Positions 11,373-23,072 of a stretch of DNA of 64,000 nucleotides are shown in pieces; positions within the stretch are counted from its first letter, which is position 1; each line of letters begins with the position of its first letter. The stretch is taken from contig OZ220089.1 in the NCBI GenBank assembly GCA_964291625.2, positions 4,256,001-4,320,000 on the forward strand. The letters run 5' to 3'. Source of the DNA: Candidatus Latescibacterota bacterium. GTDB lineage: Bacteria > Latescibacterota > UBA2968 > UBA8231. The notes beneath the pieces are model-generated. The model did no database searches and was not told the DNA's origin. It was given only the letters and a program-made list of their open reading frames with translations. The translations under genes were made by a program, and so were the position numbers.

Positions 11373-12289
11373 CCGAGGGCGCAGCCGCCGGCCTCGCCGA
11401 CTACCTCGATCCCGAGACGGCCTCCCGCCTGGGCCGCCTGGACCTGATCGCCCGCCTCGTGGTGGAGGGCTTCATCACCGGCCTGCACCGGTCGCCCTAC
11501 CACGGCTTCTCCGTCGAGTTCTCCGAGCACCGGCCGTACATGCCCGGTGACCCGCTGCGCGACCTCGACTGGAAGGCGCTGGCCCGGACCGACCGCCTGT
11601 ACGTGAAGCGCTACGAGGAGGAGACCAACCTCAAGGCCTGCCTCGCCGTCGACGTGAGCGGCTCCATGGCCTTCGCCGGCTCGGGCCGCGTCAGCAAGTC
11701 ACGCTACGCCTGCTGCCTGGCCGCCGCCCTGGCCTACCTGATGCTCCGCCAGCGCGACGCCGTGGGCCTGGCCCTGCTGCGCGGCGGCCTGCACTCCCTG
11801 GTGCCGCCGCGCTCGGTGGGCAGCCACCTCAACGTCCTCCTGCGGCAGCTCTCGGGCGCGGAGCCCGCCGCCGAGACCGCCCTGGCCCCCGGCCTTCACG
11901 ACCTGGCCGAACGGCTCTCCCGGCGCGGCCTCGTGGTCGTCCTCTCCGACCTGCTCGACGATCCCGGCGAGGTCCTCGGCGGCCTGCGCCACCTGCGCCA
12001 CCGCGGCCACGAGGTGCTGGCCCTGCAGGTCCTCGACCCGAGGGAGATCGACCTGGAGTTCCGCCGGTCGGAGACCCGCTTCGTCGACCTGGAGGACGCC
12101 GAGGGGGGCTCGATCGTCACCCAGCCGTGGCACGTGCAGGAGAGCTACCGCGCCCACGTGGAGTCCCTGCTGGGCCGCTACCGCCGCGGCTGCGCCGAGG
12201 CCGGGGTCGACTACGCCCTGATGGACACGGCGACCCCCTTCGACGCCGCCCTGAGCCGCTATCTCGTGCGCCGGCGGCGCATCGGCTGA
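11369..12289 (+). CDS. DUF58 (vWA-like) MoxR partner
   Basis: GLHRSPYHGFSVEFSEHRPY.PGD, DWK, DVSGSM, SDLLD. Confidence 0.93.
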
Positions 12290-12301
12290 ACCCTCCGCCT
12301 C

Positions 12302-12333
12302 AATCTTGCAATTTCCTGCAAGATTTGTAGATT
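12302..12333 (+). promoter_or_regulatory. Putative suf promoter with overlapping palindromic operator
   Basis: TTGCAA(12306)-N16-TAGATT(12328). Perfect inverted repeat AATCTTGCA-N6-TGCAAGATT (12302-12325) in an AT-rich patch. Confidence 0.5.
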
Positions 12334-12394
12334 CCCTTGACGGGGATCGCGTCCCCGGCCTGCAACCCCCTGTAAAGCAAACAGATAGGACCAC

Positions 12395-13897
<1,503 letters not shown>

Positions 13898-13971
13898 CCC
13901 CTGGGCGCCGTGAGCGCAGCGAACCAGCGCCCACGGGGATCCCGCGAGAGGAGGCTGCCGCTGTTCCTCTC
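13898..13971. repeat. Two short REP-like hairpins after sufB
   Basis: CCCCTGGGCGC/GCGCCCACGGGG around GAGCGCAGCGAA, then GAGAGGA/TCCTCTC. Confidence 0.4.
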
Positions 13972-14041
13972 CTCGAAGCCGGGCCGCGGCGAGGTCCTCA
14001 GCGGGTCTCTACAGCAGCCGGATGCGATCCCGGTCTCTCAT

Positions 14042-14215
14042 GGGCGTCGGGCGTGGGCCCGCAGGCGCATTACGCCGGTAGAAACCCGCACCCGGGTCTG
14101 AAGGACCGCGAGACTCGACGCAGTCGAGGCTCGCAAGCGCTTCAGAACGACTGACAGGCAAAGCACCACTGAACTCAACCGGCGTACGCGCCCGAAGGGC
14201 CCACGCCCGACGCCC
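14042..14215. ncRNA. 174-nt rod-like structured element with central bubble (6S-RNA-like geometry or MITE)
   Basis: Perfect 19-bp terminal inverted repeat plus five nested complementary segments; see findings. Identity and strand unproven. Confidence 0.45.
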
Positions 14216-14231
14216 CCCAGGAGAACAACCA

Positions 14232-14993
<762 letters not shown>

Positions 14994-14998
14994 AGCCG

Positions 14999-16345
14999 AT
15001 GAGCGCAGAGCAGACCCGCGGCCCCGAGGCCGTCGTCGACCGCTACCTGGCCGCCTTCGAGGGCTTCGAGCGATCTCTGAACGGCGGTGGCGCCGGCCGG
15101 CTGCACGCCCGTCGCCGGGAGGCGATCGCCCGCGTCGCCGACCTCGGCCTGCCGACCTCCCGGTACGAGGCCTGGTCCCACACCAACCCGGCGCCCCTGA
15201 CCCACACCTTCTTCGCCCCGGTGGCCGAGCCCGGCGAGCTGACGGCCGCCGAGGCGGGTTGCTTCCTCGCCGCCGGCGTCGACGGCGCCGTGCTGGTCTT
15301 CGTCGACGGCTGCTACGCCCCGGGCCTGTCGCGAGCCGGCGCCCTTCCCGGCGGGGTCCGGGTGCGCTCTCTCGGCGACCTGGGGCCCGAGGAGTGGAGG
15401 GGGCTCGACGACCTGGGCGCCCACACCCTCGACCTCGACGAGAGCTTCGCCGCCCTCAGCACCGCCTTCGTGCGCGACGGCGCCTTCGTCTCGGTGCCGG
15501 CGGGTGTTGCCGTGGAGGCGCCCATCCAGGTCGTCCACGTGGCCAGCGGCCAGGGCCTGACGACGCCGCGCACCCTCGTGACGGCCGGCGACGGCAGCCG
15601 GGTCACGGTGATCGAGACCTTCGCCGGCACCGGCGACGGCGCCGGCCGGCTGGTGGCGCCGGTGACCGAGATCGCCGTCGGCTCCGGCGCCGCCGTCGAG
15701 TACGGCCGGGTCCATCTCCACGGGGAGGCGGGCTGCCACGCCGGCACCCTCCACGTGAAGGAGGCCGGGGAGGCCCGCTTCACGGCCCACACCCTCTGTC
15801 TCAGCGGTCGGGCGGTGCGCGAGGACGTGACCACCGTCCTCGACGGCGAGGGCATCGACTCCACCCTCAACGGCCTGTTCCTGCCGCGCGCCCGCGAGCT
15901 GGTGGACAACTACACCACCATCGAGCACGCCGCCCCCAACTGCAGCAGCCACGAGCTCTACAAGGGGATCCTCGGCGGCCGGGCCCAGGGCGTCTTCCGC
16001 GGCAAGATCCACGTCCACCAGGTCGCCCAGAAGACCGACGCCTTCCAGTCCAACCAGAACCTGCTGCTCTCCGACGACGCCCAGGTGACCTCCAAGCCGC
16101 AGCTGGAGATCTACGCCGACGACGTCCGCTGCAGCCACGGATCGACCACGGGCCAGCTCGACGCGGCGGCCCTGTTCTACCTGCGCTCCCGCGGCGTGGG
16201 GCTGGCCGAGGCCCGGCGCGTCCTCACCCGCGCCTTCGCCGGCGAGCTGGTGGAGCGCGTCACCCACGACGGCCTCCGGGCCCACGTGGAGGGCCTCGTC
16301 ACCCGGCGGGTCGACGCCGTCCTGGCCGGCGGGGAGGCCGGGTGA
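14999..16345 (+). CDS. sufD: Fe-S assembly protein SufD
   Basis: GVFRGKI.V...AQKTDA.Q, KPQLEIYADDVRCSHG, LFYLRSRG. Confidence 0.97.
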   Translation: MSAEQTRGPEAVVDRYLAAFEGFERSLNGGGAGRLHARRREAIARVADLGLPTSRYEAWSHTNPAPLTHTFFAPVAEPGELTAAEAGCFLAAGVDGAVLVFVDGCYAPGLSRAGALPGGVRVRSLGDLGPEEWRGLDDLGAHTLDLDESFAALSTAFVRDGAFVSVPAGVAVEAPIQVVHVASGQGLTTPRTLVTAGDGSRVTVIETFAGTGDGAGRLVAPVTEIAVGSGAAVEYGRVHLHGEAGCHAGTLHVKEAGEARFTAHTLCLSGRAVREDVTTVLDGEGIDSTLNGLFLPRARELVDNYTTIEHAAPNCSSHELYKGILGGRAQGVFRGKIHVHQVAQKTDAFQSNQNLLLSDDAQVTSKPQLEIYADDVRCSHGSTTGQLDAAALFYLRSRGVGLAEARRVLTRAFAGELVERVTHDGLRAHVEGLVTRRVDAVLAGGEAG

Positions 16346-17616
16346 CCGCCCCCCAGCCGGTCCTGAGCCCGCCCGTGGGCGGCGACGGGCCTCTCGACGT
16401 CGACGCCGTCCGGCGGGACTTCCCGATCCTCGGCCGGGCGGTGCGCGGCCGCGCCCTGGTCTACCTCGACAACGCCGCCACGACCCAGAAGCCGAGGCCG
16501 GTGATCGACGCCGTGGAGCGCTACTACGAGGAGGAGAACGCCAACATCCACCGCGGCGTCCACTTCCTCAGCCAGCAGGCCACGTTCTCCTACGAGCGCG
16601 CCCGCGGCCGCCTGGCCACCTTCGTCAACGCCGCCGAGAGCGCCGAGGTCGTGTTCTGCCGGGGGGCGACGGAGGCGGCCAACCTCGTCGCCCACGGGTA
16701 CGCCAGGTCCCGCGTGGGCGCGGGGGACGAGATCCTCGTCACCCACATGGAGCACCACTCGAACATCGTCCCCTGGCAGATGCTGTGCGAGGCCGCGGGC
16801 GCCCGGCTGCGGGTGGCGCCCGTCACCGACGAAGGCGAGCTCGACCTGGCGGCCTTCGCGGACCTGCTCTGCCCCCGCACCCGCCTCGTGGCCGTGGCCC
16901 ACGCCTCCAACGTCCTCGGCACCGTCAACCCCGTGCGCCGCATCTGCGACCTGGCCCGCGAGTACGGCGCCGCGGTCTTCGTCGACGGCGCCCAGGGCGC
17001 CCCCCACGTGCCGGTGGACGTGCAGGCCCTGGGCTGCGACTTCTACGCCCTCTCCGGCCACAAGCTGTTCGCGCCCACGGGGATCGGCATCCTCTACGGC
17101 CGCCGGGAGCTGCTCGAGGGCATGGCGCCCTACGAAGGCGGCGGCTCCATGATCCAGTCCGTCTCCTTCGAGGGCACCACCTGGGCCGAGCCGCCCGCCC
17201 GCTTCGAGGCCGGCACGCCGAACATCGCCGGCGCCGTCGGCCTGGCCGCGGCCGTGGACTACCTCAACGGGCTCGGCATGGAACGGGTCTCCGCGTACGA
17301 GGAGGACCTCCTCGCCTACGCCTCGGGGCAGCTCGCCGAGGTCGAGGGAGTGCGCGTCTTCGGGGAGGCCCGCCCCAAGGTCCCGGTCCTCTCCTTCGCC
17401 CTCGACGGGGCCCATCCCCACGACATCGGCACCATCCTCGACGCCGAGGGCGTGGCCGTGCGCACCGGCCACCACTGCGCCCAGCCACTGATGCAGCGCT
17501 TCGGCGTGCCCGCCATGACCCGGGCCTCGCTGGCCTTCTACAACACCCCCCGCGAGATCGACCTCCTCGTGGAGGGTCTGCGCAAGGTGGAGTCGGTGAT
17601 GGGAGGCGCGTCGTGA
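16342..17616 (+). CDS. sufS: Cysteine desulfurase SufS
   Basis: YLDNAATTQKP, EHHSN, SGHK, RTGHHCAQP. GTGA overlap. Confidence 0.97.
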   Translation: MTAPQPVLSPPVGGDGPLDVDAVRRDFPILGRAVRGRALVYLDNAATTQKPRPVIDAVERYYEEENANIHRGVHFLSQQATFSYERARGRLATFVNAAESAEVVFCRGATEAANLVAHGYARSRVGAGDEILVTHMEHHSNIVPWQMLCEAAGARLRVAPVTDEGELDLAAFADLLCPRTRLVAVAHASNVLGTVNPVRRICDLAREYGAAVFVDGAQGAPHVPVDVQALGCDFYALSGHKLFAPTGIGILYGRRELLEGMAPYEGGGSMIQSVSFEGTTWAEPPARFEAGTPNIAGAVGLAAAVDYLNGLGMERVSAYEEDLLAYASGQLAEVEGVRVFGEARPKVPVLSFALDGAHPHDIGTILDAEGVAVRTGHHCAQPLMQRFGVPAMTRASLAFYNTPREIDLLVEGLRKVESVMGGAS

Positions 17617-18071
17617 CCGAGCTGCGCGAGCTCTACCAGCAGATCATCCTCGACCACAACCGCCGCCCGCGGAACTTCGGCCCCCTGCCGAAGGCCAACC
17701 GCCGCCAGGAGGGCCACAACCCGCTCTGCGGCGACCACCTCCACGTCTACCTCGTGCTGGCGGACGGGGGGGTGATCGAGGAGATCCACTTCGACGGCTC
17801 GGGGTGCGCCATCTCCAAGGCCTCGGCCTCGCTCATGACCGAGCAGCTCAAGGGCCGCAGCGCCGAGGAGGCGAAGGCCGCCTTCGACAGCTTTCACGAC
17901 CTGGTCACCGGCGACCCCGCCGAGCCCGTCGATCCGGTGAAGGCCGGCAAGCTCGCCGTCTTCGCCGGCGTCCGCGAGTTCCCCATGCGGGTCAAGTGCG
18001 CCACCCTGGCCTGGCATACCATGAAGTCCGCCCTCGACGGCGATGCCGCCGAGCCGGTCACGACGGAGTGA
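17613..18071 (+). CDS. sufU: SufU/NifU-like sulfur-transfer protein
   Basis: LYQQIILDH, NPLCGD, GCAISKASAS, RVKCATLAWH. Confidence 0.95.
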   Translation: MTELRELYQQIILDHNRRPRNFGPLPKANRRQEGHNPLCGDHLHVYLVLADGGVIEEIHFDGSGCAISKASASLMTEQLKGRSAEEAKAAFDSFHDLVTGDPAEPVDPVKAGKLAVFAGVREFPMRVKCATLAWHTMKSALDGDAAEPVTTE

Positions 18072-18427
18072 GCAACGTGGAACCGACCGAACCCCAGGAA
18101 CACCCCCCCGGCAGCGTCGAGGCCAAGGTCGTCGACGTCCTCAAGACCTGCTACGACCCCGAGATCCCCGTCGACATCTACGAGCTCGGCCTGATCTACG
18201 CCGTCGACGTGGAGGAGGGAGAGGAGGGGGGCCGCAAGGTCCACGTCACCATGACCCTCACCTCGCCGGCGTGCCCCGTGGCCGGGACCCTGCCCGGAGA
18301 GGTGCAGCGCAAGGTGCTGGAGGAGGTGGCCGAGGTGGACGACTCCCAGGTCGACGTCACCTGGGACCCGCCGTGGAGCATCGACCGCATGTCGGAGGCG
18401 GCCAAGCTGCAGCTCGGGATGATGTAG
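18068..18427 (+). CDS. sufT: DUF59/SufT Fe-S maturation protein
   Basis: YDPEIPVDIYELGLIY, MTLTSPACP, WDPPW..DRMSEAAKLQLG. Confidence 0.93.
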   Translation: MSNVEPTEPQEHPPGSVEAKVVDVLKTCYDPEIPVDIYELGLIYAVDVEEGEEGGRKVHVTMTLTSPACPVAGTLPGEVQRKVLEEVAEVDDSQVDVTWDPPWSIDRMSEAAKLQLGMM

Positions 18428-18428
18428 G

Positions 18429-18908
18429 ATGAAGCTCAGCGCCCAGGAGGAATACGGACTGCGCTGCCTGCTGCAGGTGGCTCGCCGCGCCCCCGGCGGC
18501 AGCGCCACGATCCCGGAGATCGCCGAGGCCGAGGGCCTGTCGCCCCACAACGCCGCCCGCTACCTCGCCACCCTGAGGCGCAGCGGCCTCGTCGACAGCG
18601 AGCGCGGCCAGCGCGGCGGCTACAGCCTGGCCCGCCCGGCCTCGCGGATCACCGTGGCCGAGGTCGTGGCCGCCCTCGGGGGGCCCCTCTACGACCCCAC
18701 CTTCTGCGACCACTTCACCGGCGCCGAGGAGAGTTGCTGCCACACCCCCGTGGACTGCTCGATCCGCGGCCTCTGGATGCGGGTGCAGGAAGCCGTGGAC
18801 GGCGTCCTGTCGCGCACCAGCCTGCAGGACCTGCAGGACGCCGCCCACGGCGTCGAGGCGTCCCGGGAGCAGGAGCCCGGGGCCCTGCTGCAGGTGGAGA
18901 GCCCCTAG
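18429..18908 (+). CDS. Rrf2-family transcriptional regulator (Fe-S binding)
   Basis: EEYGLRCL, RGQRGGYSLARP, Cys cluster FC...SCCH...DCS. Confidence 0.92.
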   Translation: MKLSAQEEYGLRCLLQVARRAPGGSATIPEIAEAEGLSPHNAARYLATLRRSGLVDSERGQRGGYSLARPASRITVAEVVAALGGPLYDPTFCDHFTGAEESCCHTPVDCSIRGLWMRVQEAVDGVLSRTSLQDLQDAAHGVEASREQEPGALLQVESP

Positions 18909-18928
18909 GCCCGCACCCGCGCGTCCGC

Positions 18929-19444
18929 TCAGAGCCGGTCGACCTCGAACCGCTCCACCTCGTTGGCGGCGGTCTCGTAGAGCAGGAAGGTCTGCGGCTT
19001 GCCCATGGCCGCCAGGGTGCCGGGGTTGGCGAGCAGCACCCGGCGCTCCCCCACGGTCAGGACCTCGGCGCGCTCATCGTGGTCGTGGCCGAAGAACACG
19101 GCGTCGTACTCCCCGGTGAGGGCGAGCCCCCGGGCCAGGGAGGGATAGTGCTGCACCGCGGCCCGGCGCTCCCCCAGGTCCAGCTCCGCCCGCTCGGCTC
19201 CGTGGAGGTGCAGGTTCGGGCGGTCCCCGAAGCGCGCCGCCATCAGGAACGGGTCCCCGTCGACGTTGCCGAAGGCCAGGTGCACCTGCCCCTCGTACTG
19301 GTCGAGCAGGTGGCCGAGGGTGAGGGGAGCGCAGACGTCGCCGCAGTGGATCAGCGCGCCGATGCCGCGGTCGGCCATGAACCGGCAGACGCGGTCCAGG
19401 GTCGGCCAGTTGTCGTGGGTGTCGGAGATGACGCCGATCTGCAT
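18929..19444 (-). CDS. YfcE-type metallophosphoesterase
   Basis: SDTHDN, HCGD, GNVD, GHDH, NPG. Confidence 0.9.
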   Translation of the reverse strand: MQIGVISDTHDNWPTLDRVCRFMADRGIGALIHCGDVCAPLTLGHLLDQYEGQVHLAFGNVDGDPFLMAARFGDRPNLHLHGAERAELDLGERRAAVQHYPSLARGLALTGEYDAVFFGHDHDERAEVLTVGERRVLLANPGTLAAMGKPQTFLLYETAANEVERFEVDRL

Positions 19445-19483
19445 GGGGGCCTCCTGAAGAAGGGAGAAAGGGATCCGCGGACA

Positions 19484-20482
19484 CTACCCTCGGTTGGCAT
19501 CTGCCTGTTGGAGCTTGTCCGTAAGGAATCGCTCGATCTGGTCGAGCAGCTCGTCCAGCGCCTTGCCACCCGCGATCTTTCCATTCAACCCGCCGAGAGC
19601 CTCGATGGCTTCCCGTTCGTCAATTTGCGGGTAGAACTCGGCGAACTGCTTGGGACCCGCATGGATGAGCAACTCGCCGCCGCCGTCGCCGGTCTGGGGG
19701 CGCGCGTACATCAGGAACCGGGTGCGGTTGGCCGGCGGCGCGATCCTCACGGAGGCTCGTTGCGGCTGAACCGCGAGATCCGCCTGCCGCGCCATGTTCA
19801 CGAAGCGGTCGAACTGCTGGCCCACGCCCACATCGACGGCCGCGCGACGGATCGCGTCCACCGTGAGCCGGCGCCGCGGAGCCGGTGGCTCGGTCGGTTC
19901 GTCGACCACCTCGCGAATCAACAGTTGGCCACCGGCCACCTCGAAGACGTCGAAGCTGACGACGCTGATCGGGATGCCAAAGCGGCCGAGAAACCCCTTC
20001 ATGCGCTCCAACCCGGGGTGGACGCCGGCACCGACAAGCATGACGGCCATCTCACGCTCCTCCCCTTCGTCGCTCAGCTGCTGCTTCACGCGCGCTGACA
20101 ACGTCTCCGCGTCGCCGATATCGCCGAGGCGGGGCTCGAGCTTCTCGTAGAGTTCATCGCCACCGAGGCGCGCGATGGATGAGGCGTAGTAGAGGGCCTG
20201 CGTCAACGCAGAGTGTTCGAGCATCCCGGGCTTGATCTCGATCACCAGCCAGCGGTCCTGCGAGTCGATGGCCAGCAGGTCCAGCCGCCCGTCGTCGATC
20301 GATACCTGGCGACCGACCAGAGTCAATCCCTCTGCGATCAAGGTCTCGTCGTTCGCGATCCAATCTTCGAGATGCCTCTCCAATCCGATCTGGGAGCGTC
20401 CCACCCTCTTCGGCTTCGACTCCTGCGAGGCACCCTCGGCATGCTGCCCATCGATGCTCCAGGCTGCCAGCTTGCTCATCAC
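19484..20482 (-). CDS. NucS/DUF91-like PD-(D/E)xK endonuclease-domain protein
   Basis: LERHLEDWI, VGRQV...GRLDLLAID, VIEIK, QALYY. Confidence 0.78.
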   Translation of the reverse strand: MMSKLAAWSIDGQHAEGASQESKPKRVGRSQIGLERHLEDWIANDETLIAEGLTLVGRQVSIDDGRLDLLAIDSQDRWLVIEIKPGMLEHSALTQALYYASSIARLGGDELYEKLEPRLGDIGDAETLSARVKQQLSDEGEEREMAVMLVGAGVHPGLERMKGFLGRFGIPISVVSFDVFEVAGGQLLIREVVDEPTEPPAPRRRLTVDAIRRAAVDVGVGQQFDRFVNMARQADLAVQPQRASVRIAPPANRTRFLMYARPQTGDGGGELLIHAGPKQFAEFYPQIDEREAIEALGGLNGKIAGGKALDELLDQIERFLTDKLQQADANRG

Positions 20483-20489
20483 CTCCTCC

Positions 20490-20855
20490 TCAGCATGTCT
20501 CCCGCTTGCCGGTGTCTCCCCGGCGGATCACGAAGTCCCGGCGATCACGGTACAGGAGCGCGCGGTTCAGGACATAGTCGTCGTCGTCGAGATCGATCTC
20601 GGAGCACTCGGTCATGGTCCAGTACTTGTAGTCTCCCAGGAAGAGGTACTGGCGCCTCTCGTGGAAGAACTGGCACTCGACGCCTTCACCTCGGCGGATG
20701 CGTTCACAGAAAGCCGCCAGAAGCTCCTGCTGTCCGTCGCGCTTGACGACGACGTACTCGTGAGGCCACGTCTCCCGGTACGTCACCGCTTCGCGCCACG
20801 GGGCCCTGGCTATCAACTCCATGATGTGCGGCCTGGGCCGCGTCGGGTTGTCCAC
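20490..20855 (-). CDS. Conserved hypothetical protein (W..A.TY...WPHEY...Y.YWTM...LNR pattern)
   Basis: Protein-like composition, SD, tight spacing to both neighbours. Confidence 0.7.
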   Translation of the reverse strand: MDNPTRPRPHIMELIARAPWREAVTYRETWPHEYVVVKRDGQQELLAAFCERIRRGEGVECQFFHERRQYLFLGDYKYWTMTECSEIDLDDDDYVLNRALLYRDRRDFVIRRGDTGKRETC

Positions 20856-20858
20856 CGT

Positions 20859-21605
20859 TCAGCCTCCATCCGGTGCGGATTCCAGGTCGATGCCGAGGGC
20901 GGAGAGCTGGTCCTCGACCTGTCCCGCCCAGCCGCGGTTGGCCGCGGGGCTCGCCGGGCTCGGGTGCAGGATCTCGCCGAAGACGAAGCCGCCGCCGTCC
21001 AGGGCGGCGCGGGCCCGGTCGCGCCCGAAGCGGCCGACGCCCAGCACCCATCGCGGGGAGAGGTGGTCGGCGATCCGCCCGAGGGCCCGGTCGCAGACCT
21101 CGAAGAGGGGGTCCCGCTCGCGCGCCGGGAGCTTGTCGGGCGTGCGGTTGCGGCCGCTCTCCTCGAGGAAGGCGAGGGGGCAGTAGTTCCAGATGAAGAA
21201 CCGGTCGAAGAACCGGTCGGGGGTGCCGAAGCGGTCGCGGGCCCACCCCCACAGGCGCCGGCCGCTGACCTCGCTGCGGCGGCAGGCGAAGCCCTCCACC
21301 GGCCGCCGCGGGTGCTGGGACCGGGGGGTGCGCACACCGCCGTCGATGCCCAGCCAGCCGCGGACGAGGCCGACCTCGCCGAAGGGGACGCCGGTCTGCA
21401 CCATGCCCCAGGGGCCGGGGTTCATGCCCACCAGCAGGACCTCGGCCCCGGGGCGGCAGTAGCGCTCCAGGTAGGCCTTGTGGGCCTCGAAGGCGTAGAC
21501 CAGGGGGTTGTAGACGTGCGCCACCGGGGGGGCGAACCGCAGCCTCCCCGCCCCGCGGCCGAGGGCGCGGGCCACGGAGACCGGCGGCGAGGAGCGGGGG
21601 CTCAT
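20859..21605 (-). CDS. SMUG1-family (family 3) uracil-DNA glycosylase
   Basis: YNPLVYA, GMNPGPWGMVQTGVPFG, EVSGRRLW, NYCPL, HPSPASP. Confidence 0.93.
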   Translation of the reverse strand: MSPRSSPPVSVARALGRGAGRLRFAPPVAHVYNPLVYAFEAHKAYLERYCRPGAEVLLVGMNPGPWGMVQTGVPFGEVGLVRGWLGIDGGVRTPRSQHPRRPVEGFACRRSEVSGRRLWGWARDRFGTPDRFFDRFFIWNYCPLAFLEESGRNRTPDKLPARERDPLFEVCDRALGRIADHLSPRWVLGVGRFGRDRARAALDGGGFVFGEILHPSPASPAANRGWAGQVEDQLSALGIDLESAPDGG

Positions 21606-21618
21606 TCCAGGCCCGGGG

Positions 21619-22562
21619 TCACTCGCTGTAGACCGCCTCGATGAGCCCTCTCATGTAGCCGATGGCGTAGAGGCGTTCCATGGAGTGGACGTCCTCGAAG
21701 TCCTCCCAGGTCAGCTGCGGGAAGTGGTCGGGCCGCGCCACCCCGCCGTAGCCGACGTCCTTGTAGGCCCGGACGCAGGCCGCCATGTCGTGCTGGCCGT
21801 CGTCGTGGAAGGCCTCCTGGAACTTCTCCGGCGTGCCGCGGATGTCGCGGAAGTGGACGAAGTGGATCTTCTCCTGCTCCCCGAAGTGGCGGATGACGCC
21901 GGGCAGGTCGTCGGTCATGAGGCCGAAGTTGCCCTGGCAGAGGCCGATGCCGTTGGCCGGGCTGGGCACGAGATCGACCATGCGCCCTGGATCGGCGACA
22001 GGGGCGGGTCGTCGGGATGCATGGCCAGCTTGACGCCGGCCTCCTCGGCCACGGGCACCACCTGTTCGAGGAAGTACCTCAGGCTCTCCCACTGATCGGC
22101 CTCGGTGATCTCGCCGTGGGCGCCGGCCTCGTGGGTGCGGTTGAACTCCTCGAGGTCGAATCCCGTCACCCGGGAGCCTGCCCGGGACGGCAGCTCCCGC
22201 GAGGTGCGGATCACCATGTGGACGGGCATCCAGGCCGGGCACCAGACCGGGATGCCGGCGGCGCCCATGTTGCGGATGAGCTCGCGGACGACGGCGATCT
22301 CCTCGTCGCGCCCATCCCTCCCGAGCTTGGTATTCTCCATGGGAGGGCGGCTCTCGATGACGGCGAGGCGATAGCCGTTGCTCTCGTATTGCGCCTTGCG
22401 GCGGGCGAGGGAGACGCGGCTGAAGGGCTGGGCGTCGTCGTCGACCGGCTTGCCCTCCAAGGGCGTCAGGTCGAAGGTGCCCACGGCGTGCTCGACGCCG
22501 CACTGGGCGCCGAAGGTCGACACGGCGTTGGCCTCGGGTCCCAGGGCCAGGGCGATGTGCAT
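21619..22562 (-). pseudogene. uxuA: Mannonate dehydratase, split by an internal deletion/frameshift near 21985
   Basis: N-part ends ...MHPDDPPLSPIQG; C-part RMVDLVPSPANG..LCQGNF..HFVHFRD..RPDH lies in another frame; the usual connecting segment is missing. Confidence 0.8.
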
Positions 22563-22739
22563 GGGGTCGTCCTTTCTTCTGGAGGCTTGTCACCCGGCGG
22601 AGGGCTGAAGAAACGGCGCGCCGGCGGCGTGTCAATCACGCGAGGCTCTCCAGGGCCGGCGCCGGGACTGGCCGGCGATCGGCGCGACCCCGCCTCGGCC
22701 GCCCAGCCGGGCGTCCCGCTTCGGCCCGTTCCGGGGCTG

Positions 22740-22768
22740 TTGCCGGGAAGGGAGGGACCCCGTAGATT
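22740..22768 (+). promoter_or_regulatory. Putative sigma70 promoter of the cys leader
   Basis: TTGCCG-N17-TAGATT. Confidence 0.5.
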
Positions 22769-22832
22769 CCTCGGGCTTTGGTCGCCGCGTCGGCGGCCGC
22801 GCTCCACCTGGATCGAGGAAGTGACGAGGAAA

Positions 22833-22949
22833 ATGATCAGGACCCGCGCACATGGCCGATCGGCGTCGGCGCGGGGGACCCGCATGGCGGGGACCTGCTG
22901 CTGCTGTTGTTGTTGCGAGCCCACTCCGGGGCGGGAGGCCGTGCCTTAG
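22833..22949 (+). CDS. Poly-cysteine attenuator leader peptide (38 aa, or 21 aa from ATG 22884)
   Basis: MIRTRAHGRSASARGTRMAGTCCCCCCCEPTPGREAVP*. Seven tandem Cys codons at 22896-22916, upstream of a terminator and cysH. Confidence 0.85.
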   Translation: MIRTRAHGRSASARGTRMAGTCCCCCCCEPTPGREAVP

Positions 22950-23010
22950 ACGCAAGCCGGCCTCGCCAACACGGCAGCGCCGATCCCTGATCACACAGGA
23001 AGGCGCATCC

Positions 23011-23048
23011 ACCGCCCCGATGAGTCAGTCATCGGGGCGGTTTTTTTT
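23011..23048 (+). terminator. Intrinsic terminator (attenuator) upstream of cysH
   Basis: 13-bp stem ACCGCCCCGATGA/TCATCGGGGCGGT, 5-nt loop, T8 tract. Confidence 0.92.
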
Positions 23049-23072
23049 GGAGTGACAAGAGACGGAGGAGTC

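Noticed and set aside
22896-22916. Simple microsatellite or phase-variation tract
   Set aside because: Mixed TGC and TGT units vary only at the synonymous position, which points to selection on Cys coding.
22778-22990. Poly-Leu reading (plus strand) and poly-Gln reading (minus strand, 22466-22924) of the TGC/TGT run
   Set aside because: These are alternative frames of the same run. The Cys frame has ATG starts, a stop placed correctly on the antiterminator, and matches the downstream sulfur genes.
22770-23050. SAM-I (S-box) or T-box riboswitch upstream of cysH
   Set aside because: No S-box core or T-box sequence was recognised; the leader-peptide model explains the structure.
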